Shown here piece after piece: positions 1 through 11,734 of a DNA stretch of 64,000 nucleotides; within the stretch, counting starts at the first letter, position 1, and every line of letters starts with the position of its first letter. Below the pieces are notes generated by a model, which was given only the letters and a program-made list of their open reading frames with translations, ran no database searches and was not told the origin of the DNA. The stretch spans positions 62,001-126,000 of the forward strand of contig JAPEUI010000008.1 of NCBI GenBank assembly GCA_026025075.1, given 5' to 3'. Position numbers and translations under genes: made by a program. The DNA is from Vezdaea acicularis (Eukaryota).

Positions 1-1055
1 AGCGGGTTGCATTGCTTTTCATCTGGCTCCATGGATACCGCTGACATGGTCAGATAGGTACAGTAGACTGCAACCATTGCCGACTGGGCCAGCCCAGCTT
101 GGGGATTGTATTCTTGGATGGTTGGATGGACCGAGATGAGCGATACTAAGAGAAGGAGAACGAGATTGACCTAGGTTTTAAATTGAATTAGGCCTTGGAC
201 TAAAGGATGAGTGTGGAGAAGTACTTACCGAAACGGCCGCCTGATTCATAGAGCAACCACTGTGTGCGAAGAAGATGTACATAATGATAGTTAAAACTAT
301 CGAAATGATATACATGCCCAGTGTCGACCCAATCAGTAGACCTCTCCACGCCCTAGAGTCGTGGAACTCTATCTTTTCGAGACAATACTCGGCCCAGGTG
401 TGCGCGAGATCGACTAGGAGGATGAGGCCAAGTAACAAGAAGAGCATTGCGCCGAACAGAGCAAATCGAGCACCGAACCCGATATAGAAGCCGTCTGGAA
501 TGAGGAACGAAAGGACCACAAGGGCGATCCAACCGATGACTTTAGGACCCCAGAAGCCATTTTGTATCGCAGCACGTCCGTCCTTCGAAGACCTAACTCC
601 AAGCAGGATGAACGCCATTAGAGCATGGAACACCCCTAAAGCCAGATTTATCCGGAGTACGGCAACATAACCATAGCAGTCACCTTCGGGGCAACTGATC
701 TTCATGTAGTCGAGAGAGAGGTGTTCCAGCTTTTTGATTGCCCACGGCGTAAGCATGATCCAGGATAGCACAGAATTGACGAGGAGGATGAGTGCATAGG
801 CAATACGAGTTGCAGTGCTTTTGTCTCATGAGCTATCACGACCCACGAAGCTTCAGAACGATGAACATACCTGCTCTGACATTTTCCGCAAGCACTACAC
901 ACCGCTGAGCAGGTGGCAGCGCCACAACATGATGCGGCGACTGTCCATAGCTATGAGCTAAATTAGGAACTCTCCCATCAAAGGAGAAACTATAGAGTGC
1001 TTACTGTGCCTACGCTTGGAAGCGCAAGTAATGGTAAGGACAACAGTGCACCCAT
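1..1055 (-). CDS. TMS1: Serine incorporator (SERINC/Tms1) family membrane protein, 3' end runs off the window
   Basis: Spliced N-terminus MGALLSLPLLALPSVGT|LWTVAASCCGAATCSAVCSACGKC, then TATRIAYA, RAAIQNGFWGPK and LVDLAHTWAE, all typical of SERINC/TMS1. GT-AG introns are visible. Confidence 0.93.
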
Positions 1056-1497
1056 TCCTGTGAAGATTTGGTGTATTTAGATGGTGAAGAATGATGGTTG
1101 CGAGGTCCAAGGCCTAGTTATGCGATTGCGTAGTGTTGCGTCGGCTCAAGCCCAACATCCAGGCGCTAATCCTGAAACGGTAATCTCGACTGAAGGTGCT
1201 GAGCATTCGAGCGGGATACCAACTCTCCGTTTGTTACCTCAGTGTGATAGCGATTGCTACGTCAATTGAATCTTTTAACTTCGAATTTCTTTTCTTTGCA
1301 AGCCTGTATAATCTAGCATCAATTTCCCACAATCGGACAAGTGCCTTTCCCCCAGACAGTCCTTATCATCCCATATGAGATCAAGCCCCAATAATCATAC
1401 GAACTCGAACCTCTCAAGGTGGCCTTTCAAGACAACTTCATTGTCACACCGATGAGCCTCTTCGAACCGCGCTCTCATCTACGGTAATCCATTTTAC

Positions 1498-3506
1498 ATG
1501 GCGCAGGCCAAGTCGGCCGAACGGTCACTCCAGATCGCGCGAGTGGTGTCAGTGGCAGCAGCTACAGTGATATCATTAGCCTGTGGCACCAATGTATGCG
1601 ATTTCTCACCCGTTTCTCATTATAGATTAGAGTTGACAAGATCACAATAGTATGTGTATTCGGCATGGGCACCACAGTTTGCAGAGCGGATGAGGTTATC
1701 GAAAACGGAGAGCAATCTTATTGTAAGCACGACACCTCACGCTGTCTATGACATCAACCAACAACTCTTCAGGGTACGGCCGCCAATTTTGGGATGTACT
1801 CATCTGGCATACCTGTTGGAATTCTAGTCGATGCGAAGGGGCCTCGGATACCAGTGATGATAGGGGCAATCGCGCTGGGCGTAGGATACTTTCCAATATA
1901 CAGAGGTGAAGAGTTCGTAGACCATTCGATATCATGCGGTGGCTAACACTTCGCCTAGCATATGAGAGCGGGCCAGGATCTTTAAATGTTGGGGCGCTCT
2001 GCTTCTTTTCTTTCCTTTCAGGAGTTGGCAGCTGCGGGGCCTTTGCCGCGGCGGTGAAGACTTGTAAGTCCCAGCCATACCGTGCTTGAGAACCCCTTAA
2101 GACCCCTTGCTAAAGGCAACGAAGCTGCTCTAAACTATCCCCTATCTCGCGGCACCGCAACCGCCTTTCCACTTGCAGCGTTCGGCCTCAGCGCCGCCTT
2201 CTTCGCCGGCCTCTCCGCCCTTGCCTTCCACGACCGACCCTCCGACTTCCTCTTCCTCCTCGCCGCCGGCACCTTCTCGATGGTATTCGTGTCCTGGTTC
2301 TTTCTGCGCGTCATCCCCCACTCCTCCTACCACTCCCTCCCCTCGAGCGAACGCCGCCGCTCCCTCTCCGACTCGCAGCGCCTCTCCCGCCGCAAATCCG
2401 CCGACGCACATCGCATCATCGTCGACCCCGCCGCCGAAATAGGTAAGCTTTCTTCCTTCCTTCCTGATCATATCCCCCCCCCCCCTTCTTTTCTTCTAGT
2501 CGAGACCAGGCTCTCAAACCGCAGGCTGTGCCTCCGCAGTCACCAACAACAAAGCCCCTGATGAGGACGACGCGCCGCTGCCCGACGCGGACGAGACCTC
2601 GTCCCTGATGAGCAAGCAGTCGTCCGAGACGGGCGACCTCGCTTTCATCGCCACCCACGAAAGAGGCAGAATTGGCAAACTTAGTGACGATCACGCGCAA
2701 CACATAGATGTCCGCGGCCTAGCCCTGCTTCCACGAGCAGACTTCTGGCTCATCTTCACCGTCTTCGGGCTTATGACCGGCATCGGCCTCATGACCATAA
2801 AGTACCTCCCTCCCCTTCTTCCCCCAAAAACCAACCCAAACCCACACTAACCCCCCCTCTCCTCCACAGCAACATCGGAAACGACGCCCAAGCCCTCTGG
2901 ACCCACTACGACGACAGCGCCAGCCCGCCCTTCATCCAATCCCAACAAATCCTGCACGTCTCCATCCTCTCCCTGCTCTCCTTCCTCGGCCGCCTCCTCT
3001 CAGGAATCGGCTCCGACCTGCTCGTCCGCCGCCACGTTAGTCGGTTCTGGTGCTTCACCGCCTCCTCCACCCTCTTCCTCCTCGCCCAGCTCGCCGCCCT
3101 CCGCATCCAAAACCCCTCTAGCCTCTGGCTCCTCTCCGCCCTTTCCGGCCTCGCTTACGGCACCCTCTTCGGCGTCTCGCCTGCGGTCATCGCTCATGCG
3201 TTCGGTATCCACGGCTTGAGTCTTAACTGGGGCTGTCTCACCCTCGCCCCCGTCATTACGGGGAATATCTTTAATCTCTTCTACGGCGCCTTTTTCGATG
3301 CACATAGCGAACTTGCTAGTGGCAGTGATGGCCAGCACCGCGTCTGTGCGGATGGGAATGCTTGTTATAGAGCAGCGTACCTGGTTACGGCCGTCGCAAG
3401 CGTGGGGTGTTTGGTCCTCAGTCTGGGCCTGGTGTGGGCGGAGGGCAGGGGCTTGATTGGGGCGGTGAGGAAGAGGGCGGGGGAGGGCGAGGGGAGGGTT
3501 GCGTAG
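1498..3506 (+). CDS. MFS transporter, Mch1/nodulin-like family (multi-exon)
   Basis: Spliced translation gives LACGTN|YVYSAWAPQF, SALNYPLSRGTATAFPLAAFGLSA, GIGLMTI|NIGNDAQALW and LNWGCLTLAPVITGNIFNLFYG. Many hydrophobic helices. Divergent from TMS1. Confidence 0.88.
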
Positions 3507-4383
3507 GTGGAGGGGTGGTGGGGGTGGGAATGGGATGAGGGAAGGGAGAGGGTGTTTGGGTAGACTCGGGTCGTGTGTACGCACGGATAGATGGGTTGTG
3601 GGATAGTTAGCGAGTTCATCTTCATCTTCGTCTCATCACAGAATAGAATAGGAATAGGAACAGGATAGAACCCCTACATTCTCAACAGTCTCAACGAGTC
3701 TCCGAATAAATCAGTTCTGATTCACTACACTTTTTCCGTACTACCCGACTACCGATACAAGAAGCCCATCGAGTGCGTGCGTGGACCCCGGCCCTAACAC
3801 ACGGCCCTCTCCATCCGCCCCTCGTTGGTGTCTCAAGGGGAGGACGGCAAAACTTTTTCCCCGGTCCCAACCAAGCGCTTTCCAGTCCGAAAGAAAAGAA
3901 GCCCATCGGAAGTAAAAACAGCCGCTCCCGGTTGATTAAAAGAGATACATGAGTGATAAGGATGGGGGGTATGGAAAGACATTACAAAATAAGCGTTCGG
4001 TCCGTCTGTCCGTCCGTCTCCGATGGGAGAGGGTGGGAAGGGGGAAGATGGTGACGGAGGATAGATATTAATGCAAGTAGAATGAAAAGGGCCACAAGCG
4101 CTCCACAGGAAGATACATACGCAAAGACTTGAGCCCGAGGTGGGCGGTAGACAAAAGAGATGGTCGTAAGGGTTGAAAGGACAATAGTCCCCGACACCAA
4201 AAAAAACAGTCTTGAGAGGAAGACGTAAGGGCGAGGCGAAGAGGTAGAAAGGGGGAGAGAAGAGGAGGAGGAGAAGAGTGGTAGGTATCATGGCTCGAAG
4301 GAAAGACCGCTCGTCAAAAAAAACCCCCCCCACACCCTGACATCAAGAGAAAAAGTTACACCGGTACCCGAATTACAAGAGTA

Positions 4384-6002
4384 TCATGAAGAGACCGGAC
4401 CGGGACGCTCGTCCATAATATCGGAGACGCGCATTTTTTTCGGTCGAGGCCCGACTTGGTCCCTGAGGTCGTCCACTTCGCGCTCCAGGTCCGAACACCG
4501 CCGCTTGAGGTCGTTCTCCCGCTGCCTGCTGTCGTCAAGGGCACGTCGTAGCGAGTCCTCGATATCTCGCCTCGTGGCGTCGGCATGCCTGGCTTGGCCC
4601 TCGGACTGTTCCAGCTGCGAGACGCGCCCCTTGTATAGGTCGTTCACCACCTCCAGCTCGTTCACCCGAGTGCGGAGCTCCCTGTTTGCGGCGAGGAGTC
4701 CCTCGAAAGAGTGAGGCGGCTCTAGATGCGGACGGTCGCTTGTGTATGAAGGTGCGGGAGAGGGCTGGCGAAGGTGGAGCGAGGGGAGCGAGGGCGAATG
4801 ATGGAAGCCGTGGTCGGATAGGGAGGCGCCATCGTACATGCCCTGCGGTGCCAGGTGTGTGCCATGGATAGCAGGCGTGACGGCACGGGAGATGGGCGAG
4901 TTGGAACCGTTGGATGCGCCTGACGAGGTCTTGCCGGACGTGCGTCGATGTGAAAAGGTGCCGGGAGGCGGGGTACCTGCTTCGGAGCGGGAGGCGGACA
5001 GACCGTTGGGTTCGAAAAGAGACTGGAGACCGTCAGTATCATCTCGTTGTACAAAACACACAAAGGTCTGCATTACCTTCTTCTTGGGGCCCTGACCGGA
5101 GCTCTTGACCCGGTTACGGCTCTTGATCACATCTGTCTTGAGGCTTATCGGCCGAGACCTTCCGTGTAGTTTCAGGAACAGCCCGCAAGCGTTGCAGAGG
5201 ACGGAACCAATCTCGTCCCTCCTCCATAACGGTGTCGTTGAGGTTGTGCAGTTTTGACAGACCGGCTGTGAGATTTCACGCTCCGAGTCAGCCAAGTTTA
5301 CCATGGTGGTTGTTACGACGATAAGGGTGCAGACAGAGAATTTCGCGCAAGCGACGCGCTGCTGATTTTGTACGGGCAAGTCAGGAAAACTTTGTTTACT
5401 CACCGGATTATTGCCGTGCCCAGCAGTCGTTGCAGCGGGGGACGAGGTTGCGTATGTCATGCTAGTGGGGCCATTATGTCCAACGGTACTGAAGGCTCTA
5501 AAATCCATCCCCTCGTGGTCAGTGCTCGGTCTTGCATGGGGACTAGATAACGGGGGAGGCATCGCTCAGGGTGGCTCCAGCTGCTCGGCAGATATGAAGC
5601 CCCGACAAGTTCATGCCACGGGATGCGATAAAAAAAAAAAGTTAATCGCTCGAAACGATCCACATAAACGACGCACCTTATCTGGGGTTGCGGAGAAGAG
5701 GAGGATGCAATGGATGCCAGAGCAGAAAGTCCGGGGAGTGAGGGGAGCGTGTTATTATTATTATTATGGATATTACTATTATTATGATTATGTATGTGGT
5801 CGGCGGGTTGGTGTAGAACGGCCGATGCCACGGTCGAGGTGGAGGACGGCCGCGAGATGTTCTCTATCGGGGGCAGGGATCGATCATCTGGTGAAGCAGC
5901 CGTGGTGAATGGAGGCAGGTCTCGAATCTGCGAGGCAGATTGAGGCCGTAGATGGTCCGTGGGCGAGGCCCGGAAGATCAAGGGGGGGAGCGTCGAAGCC
6001 GT
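4384..6002 (-). CDS. areB: GATA zinc-finger transcription factor with C-terminal leucine zipper (AreB/ASD4/Dal80 type); long and short isoforms
   Basis: [50 protein letters not shown] plus a coiled coil [23 protein letters not shown]. The short form starts at ATG 5304 (ACCATGG). The long-form start (ACG 6002) is inferred, with introns 5676-5498, 5403-5266 and 5076-5023. Confidence 0.9.
5751..5790. repeat. Imperfect (TAT)n microsatellite encoding a His/Asn tract in the upstream areB exon
   Basis: gttattattattattatggatattactattattatgatta. Confidence 0.8.
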
Positions 6003-7213
6003 AATTACGATGGTACAGGTCGAACAGCTCGAGAGCAGGTTCGACGACGGTATAAAGGTAGGAGTACAAGACAATGGGAAGGAGAGATGGCGTCGAAGTG
6101 TCTGGAGGGTGGTCGTGATAAGTACCCCGGGGTATCCCACTCGGACGGGGGCAGCGATAAAGGAGGGAAAAAAGCTAGACGGGCGTATCTTTAGAGCTGG
6201 AGCGTGCGGGCCGCATGGACGATGAACGAGGGTGAGACAATTAGAAGTAGAGAGCGTGGGTTGCTAGCAGGGCACGACGAAACAGCAGCAGTATTAGAAA
6301 AGTAAGAAGTGAGTTGAAGGAAGGACGACGGCGTGAGTGAGTGGGTGAGTTGAGGGTGGAAGAGACGAGGGACGACAGACGAGAGACGAGAGACGAGACG
6401 GCCGCTATCGAATCGGACGCCCGCGATGAGATCTGACGCCGCCCTGGGGGGGGGGGTCGGGACAAAGACAGAGAAGACGCGCTGGCTGCACTGCCAGATG
6501 GGCCGGAGAATTGGGGGCAGCGGAGGGGCCTACGGTCGAGCAGGAGCAGGGATGGGAGGGCATCAAGTCGGCATCGCGGGCGGACAGGCAGGAGACTCGC
6601 GCGCCCTGTGGGAGCGGGAGATTTGGTCGCGCTCGGAAGCGGATAAGCTACCGAGGCCGCTGGCTACGGCGCCGGGCAAGGGGCGCGGTAGCGAAACGGC
6701 GCAGGAACGAGACAGCCAGCAAAGGGGAGCGCAGGGAGCGCAGGGAGCAAAGGGAGCGAAGGAGGCACTTGCAATTGAGCCTGAGAAGCGAGCGCTCAGG
6801 AACGTGGTAGCGATCCCTCCGTCGCCCATCGTCACATCTTCACTCCCTTCACTCTGCTCCGACTCGCACGTTTCGAGCTACTCCGCGACAGGACGTGGTA
6901 GGGTCGTATGGGGGGGGGAGGGCCCTGGGAGATACGAAAGCTCCCTGGTCCTCCCGAAACATCGCGACGTCGAAGCGTCGACCATGTGGAGGGGAACACT
7001 GCTGCTCGACTGCTATGAATAACCCAGAGGAGCGCTGTCCATCCCGTCGTCCGTTTCACGATCGTCGAAGATCAGACGCCAGCCTTCCTGCCCTGGCGCG
7101 CCCTCTGCGCCATCTCTGGCACCTAGCCTTTGTCGTCATTCCTTCACGGACTCGTCGGCCCTTGGCGCTTGCACGCTGCAACAGCCATCATCTCAAGGCA
7201 ACCAGGTCGGTGA

Positions 7214-7246
7214 GGTGTGCGGTGTGCGGTGTGCGGTGTGCGGTGT
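7214..7246. repeat. Tandem 7-mer (GGTGTGC)x4 in the areB/LSB6 divergent intergenic region
   Basis: Directly visible: ggtgtgc ggtgtgc ggtgtgc ggtgtgc ggtgt. Confidence 0.85.
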
Positions 7247-8733
7247 CGGACCAGACTCATGGAGGATCGCGAGATCACTTAGGGCTTCCGTCGAGTGCCT
7301 TGCCAAGGACGCCATGGCTAGAGACATTGCGCTTCACCATGATCAGATCCGTTCAGAAGACCGGTGCCATGCCCTTTTGCCGGATAATGAGGCCATATCA
7401 CGAACCCCTCCCATACCCCCAGACGAGCCTCTCCCATTTATCTCGCGTTTCGTCGCAGGTATATATATCTCGTCGGGGAACATAACCCCTCGTTCTCATG
7501 TCGAAAATAGAAGCCTCATCGCAGATGCAGACAGTGAGAGGAACAGCCGAGAGCAATACGAGTCGTTCACACGCCGGCAATCTTGCGGTAAAATGCGCGG
7601 ACCACGGCCACGCTTATGATTCAATCCACGTGCGTGGCAGATCAGACGTCAAGGAGCCGAGATGGACCTTGGCTAATCAGGCGTGTCGAGGTCCGCAAAT
7701 GACGAGATATCGATTATTGGATGATCGGCGGCGAAGAACGTCGTGTGGGAAAGGGGTTGATAGGAGCGGGCAAGGCTGACCACCCCAAATAAACCTCGCG
7801 CCGTCGTGATTTGCGAGCATTTTCGGGAAAATCTAATCGGTTGTTTGCCCGTTCGCAATCAATCGATTGCTGATGCTTGCGGCTCGACAGCCTATCGTCA
7901 ATCCCTGGGGGCCGTTGTGGCGTAATCATTCGCTGACGCCAATCACGGTTCGTCCACCCCCGAAAACTGCCTGTTCTCGACCCCATCAAATCTCCACAGA
8001 CGCCCGGAAAAAGAATGTGCGATAGGACCAATGCATAAGCTGCAGCAGGCGATTCGAGGTCTGCCATACAAAATCTTTCGGTCATTCCACCGCGGCTCAT
8101 TGGGCCAGCAGGTCTTAGATTAACGTAATCGTTGCAGGGGGAAAGGAAACGTTGATGACGCTCCGCTTGAACGTGGACATGAACGTGAATGGCGTCCAAC
8201 CTCTGAGCAACGTCAAAGCTTATTGAACTTTTTAGATAAAAAGGACGCAAACAGTAGACCAAGCAGGGACTTCAAGTCTTGCTTCATGTCGTTGCAGGCG
8301 CCACACGTGCGGATCGGAAATTTGGAGATCCTAAAAGACCCAATCTTCGTGAAGGATGGAGGATGTCGAAAACGAAGACTACTGTAAACGAGATCGTGAT
8401 TACAGCAGATGCCCTTGCCGATTTGTACGTCGAGTCCATCCTCTCAAAAATTTGTCCAAGGGAAATAAATGAGAAAATAGAGTCTATTTGGATGATCGCA
8501 AAATACCCCAAGCACAATCTAAGCCATCAATTATCTAGAAATATTTTCCAATGTCAATAGCGTTCCTTGGCACCCCCCTCGTTTTCTGACAAGCGTGAAG
8601 GGGTCAGGGAACTCCCGATGGCAGCCGCAGCCGCCTCGCATGACGCCGCAGCGACGAAAACCCAGGTCGCCTTAACCTCCGGAGCCTCCTCCACCATTAC
8701 GGCATGTCTTGATATAAGTTACTAGCCCTCAAC

Positions 8734-11152
8734 ATGCCGAAAACGCGGCCTCCTACCTCAGGCTATGCTCGCATCGCCCAGGATGAGGAGCAGAGAGCGT
8801 TCCTGGACGGCTCCGATGACGAGGATGCCTATAATCCGCCAACATCGATTTCGACCCCCGGCGCACGATATGCACCCATCCAGCCACGCCCGGCACCCTC
8901 CATGCAGCCGTCGCATCTCCTCTCACCTGCAGAACAACGGCGGCCAGGTCGACGTCGTGGGCGGAGTAATTCTTCCGGCGTAGACATCAAGGCCATAAAT
9001 GCCCGACTGGAAAGATGGGCGGACGAAATCGCGTCTAAGTTTAAGCGTGGAAAGGGAAAGGACAAGACGATCGATGATGTGCCGTTGGAGATTCACCACT
9101 CGGTCTTCCAGGCGCCGGAAGGCGTCAGACCAGCCACGAGGGAGAGCCTGCTGTCCCTTTCCGAAGGGGGGAATGGCCGTGTGACGAAGACCGAATTTGA
9201 GGATGTGGTGGAAAGCGTCAGAGTTGCGATTGAGATGGGAATGCACCCGACAATGATATCGCAGGGGAGTTCTGGCAGCTATTTTGCTAGAAATACCGAA
9301 GGCACCATCGTTGGTGTGTTCAAGCCCAAGGACGAGGAGCCATATGCATCAAGAAACCCCAAATGGACGAAATGGATCCATCGAAACTTGTTCCCATGCT
9401 TCTTTGGCAGAGCTTGCCTCATCCCCAATCTCAGCTACGTGTCAGAAGCTGCGGCATATGTCCTAGACAGCCGTCTCCAAACAAACCTTGTTCCTTACAC
9501 GGATATTGTATACTTGTCCTCTAAATCGTTCTTCTACGACTTTTGGGATAGACGGAAATTTTATCGAAACCATAAACCTTTTCCACAGAAGGTAGGCAGC
9601 TTCCAAGTCTTCCTGAAGGGATTCAAGGACGCCAATATCTTTCTTCGGGATCACCCCTGGCCGGATCAGCACAACTCGAGCTTTCAAACGGAAGCTGCAC
9701 CTAAGAGGAAGAGGAGGCCGTGGAATGAGAGCTGCAGACCAAGCGGGGTTATATCAGACGATGAAGACGAAGACGGTACAGAGGAGCGGCAAGCTACTGC
9801 AGAAGCAGAGGTCAGTCAGCGCCGCTTCTTCTGGACAGACGCACTCCAGATATCATTTCGGGAGGAGTTGGAAAAACTAGTCATATTAGATTACATCATG
9901 CGGAATACTGATAGAGGCTTGGATAACTGGATGATTAAAATAGACTGGCAGAAGCAAGATGTCACAATAGTGTCGGAGCCTCCAAAGATGAACGGGTTGT
10001 CTGGAAAAGATGCTACGTCTCGCTCGACCGCAGGAGATCCGGACGAAGCGGGGTTATCTACGATGTTCGATCCATACCGTAGACAGGAACCTATGGCCGC
10101 TATCAGCCGATCACAGTCACCTAACAATGGAGATAAGCAACCTTCCATATCTCTAGGTGCTATAGACAACAGCTTGTCCTGGCCTTGGAAACACCCTGAC
10201 GCTGTAAGTAGCAAGATGCAATCATACCGCTATGCTCTAAAGCTGACTGAAAAATGAAATAAAGTGGCGAAGTTTTCCTTTTGGTTGGCTTTTTCTCCCA
10301 GTATCTTTGATTGGACAGCCCTTCTCACAAAAGACACGAGACCACTTCCTACCATTGCTCACCTCAACGGCATGGTGGAGTGAGACGCAGCTAGCCCTGC
10401 GGCGAGTCTTCAGCCAGGATTCGGATTTTAAGGAACGCATGTTTGCAAAGCAAATTGCTGTCATGAAGGGCCAGGCGTGGAATGTGGTGGAGACGCTAAA
10501 GACACAGGATCATGGTCCACTTGAGTTGACAAGAAGGGCCCGGGTCTGTGTTTGGGACGATCTCGTTGACGTCCCAGTGGCGGTGCCGATGCGGGTGACC
10601 TCAGCAGAGGTGCGGAGAAAAAATACAGATATGCACGCAAGTATTGACGAGGAAGAGATGGACATAAGCGCTGCTCACGCCTCAGCTCCTCAACCTCAAC
10701 ACGATTTACTAGGGTTAAACCAACCGCCCGCAGATCTTCCGAGTGCAAATCGATTCGATCTGTCGAGAAGTGAGAGCAATGCAGATATAACTTCTAGTCC
10801 GGAAGATGTTCGGAGTTTGGCCTCTCCAACCTCGCCGGTGGCTGCGGAACAGATGGACTTCGGCAGCAATCTGAAGGCTCAGCAGTCGCCCCCCTCTACT
10901 AGACCAGGTCCAAGGCGGACGCGGAGTCGTCTGAGCTATGAAGGGCCGGCACGAGGTTCCCGGGCCCCCGGCCACAAACGTCGATTCTCACTATCAACTC
11001 GATTGGGGAGCACTGGCATGTTTTATGATGATGATCTTGAAGGCGACCTTGGATATGCGGCAGCGGAGGGTATGGAGAAGAATCAACGAAAAGTGATCAT
11101 AGAAAGGCTCGAAACGGTAAAAAGCAAGCATCCTGTTTTCACGTGGTGTTGA
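8734..11152 (+). CDS. LSB6: Type II phosphatidylinositol 4-kinase
   Basis: ISQGSSGSYF, VFKPKDEEPY, LDYIMRNTDRGLDNW, AIDNSLSWPWKHPDA|WRSFPFGW, and a C-terminal FTWC. Intron 10204-10264. Confidence 0.95.
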
Positions 11153-11734
11153 GTATTCAAAAATGTGGTGGTGCATTGCGGCTGTAGGGAACATCATGTG
11201 GGAGGCGCATTGTTTTGGACTTGTCTGCGCAAGGGGCGGTCTCTATCTTCTTGTACTTTGGGCGTGACATATAGCGGCGTTCACATAGTCCTAGAATGAG
11301 CTGTCCTGAATCATATCTGCCTTTGACATTACGAAATTCTAAGCTGATCGCTGATCGCAGATTGCCTTGTCGTATTCTAAACTTTTGCAGGTCACCTGCC
11401 CCAACACGAGTTTCCCGATTTGTAGCGGGCCACTTTAGCGGCAAGCGCGAATTCAGCGCGTCTGCGAGTCTTGTGGCGCATGCTTCAGCCGCTAAAAGAG
11501 CATCGACGTCTGCTTACGAGAACTTCGCGATGGACATTTTGTTTCGCCGAATCAGCATCGCCTCACTTAGAAATCGCACCCTGAGACCGTACTTTTGATC
11601 TCACCGATCTCTCTCACTTCACTTCAAATACTCTCTATCTCCTACTAATTCAGAACATTTTCGGTTCTGTAGCCGTGTTCCCTTCTGATGCATCCCCGCA
11701 TTCCGAGATACCCCCGGCAGGCACTGCCACCGTC

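Noticed and set aside
6426..8262. Several 130-200 aa ORFs in the areB/LSB6 intergenic region
   Set aside because: They are low-complexity GC-rich frames on both strands with no domain motifs, better explained as a long regulatory region with simple repeats.
6100..8300. HGATAR sites suggesting AreA/AreB autoregulation
   Set aside because: Only scattered sites are present, not clearly above chance for 2 kb.
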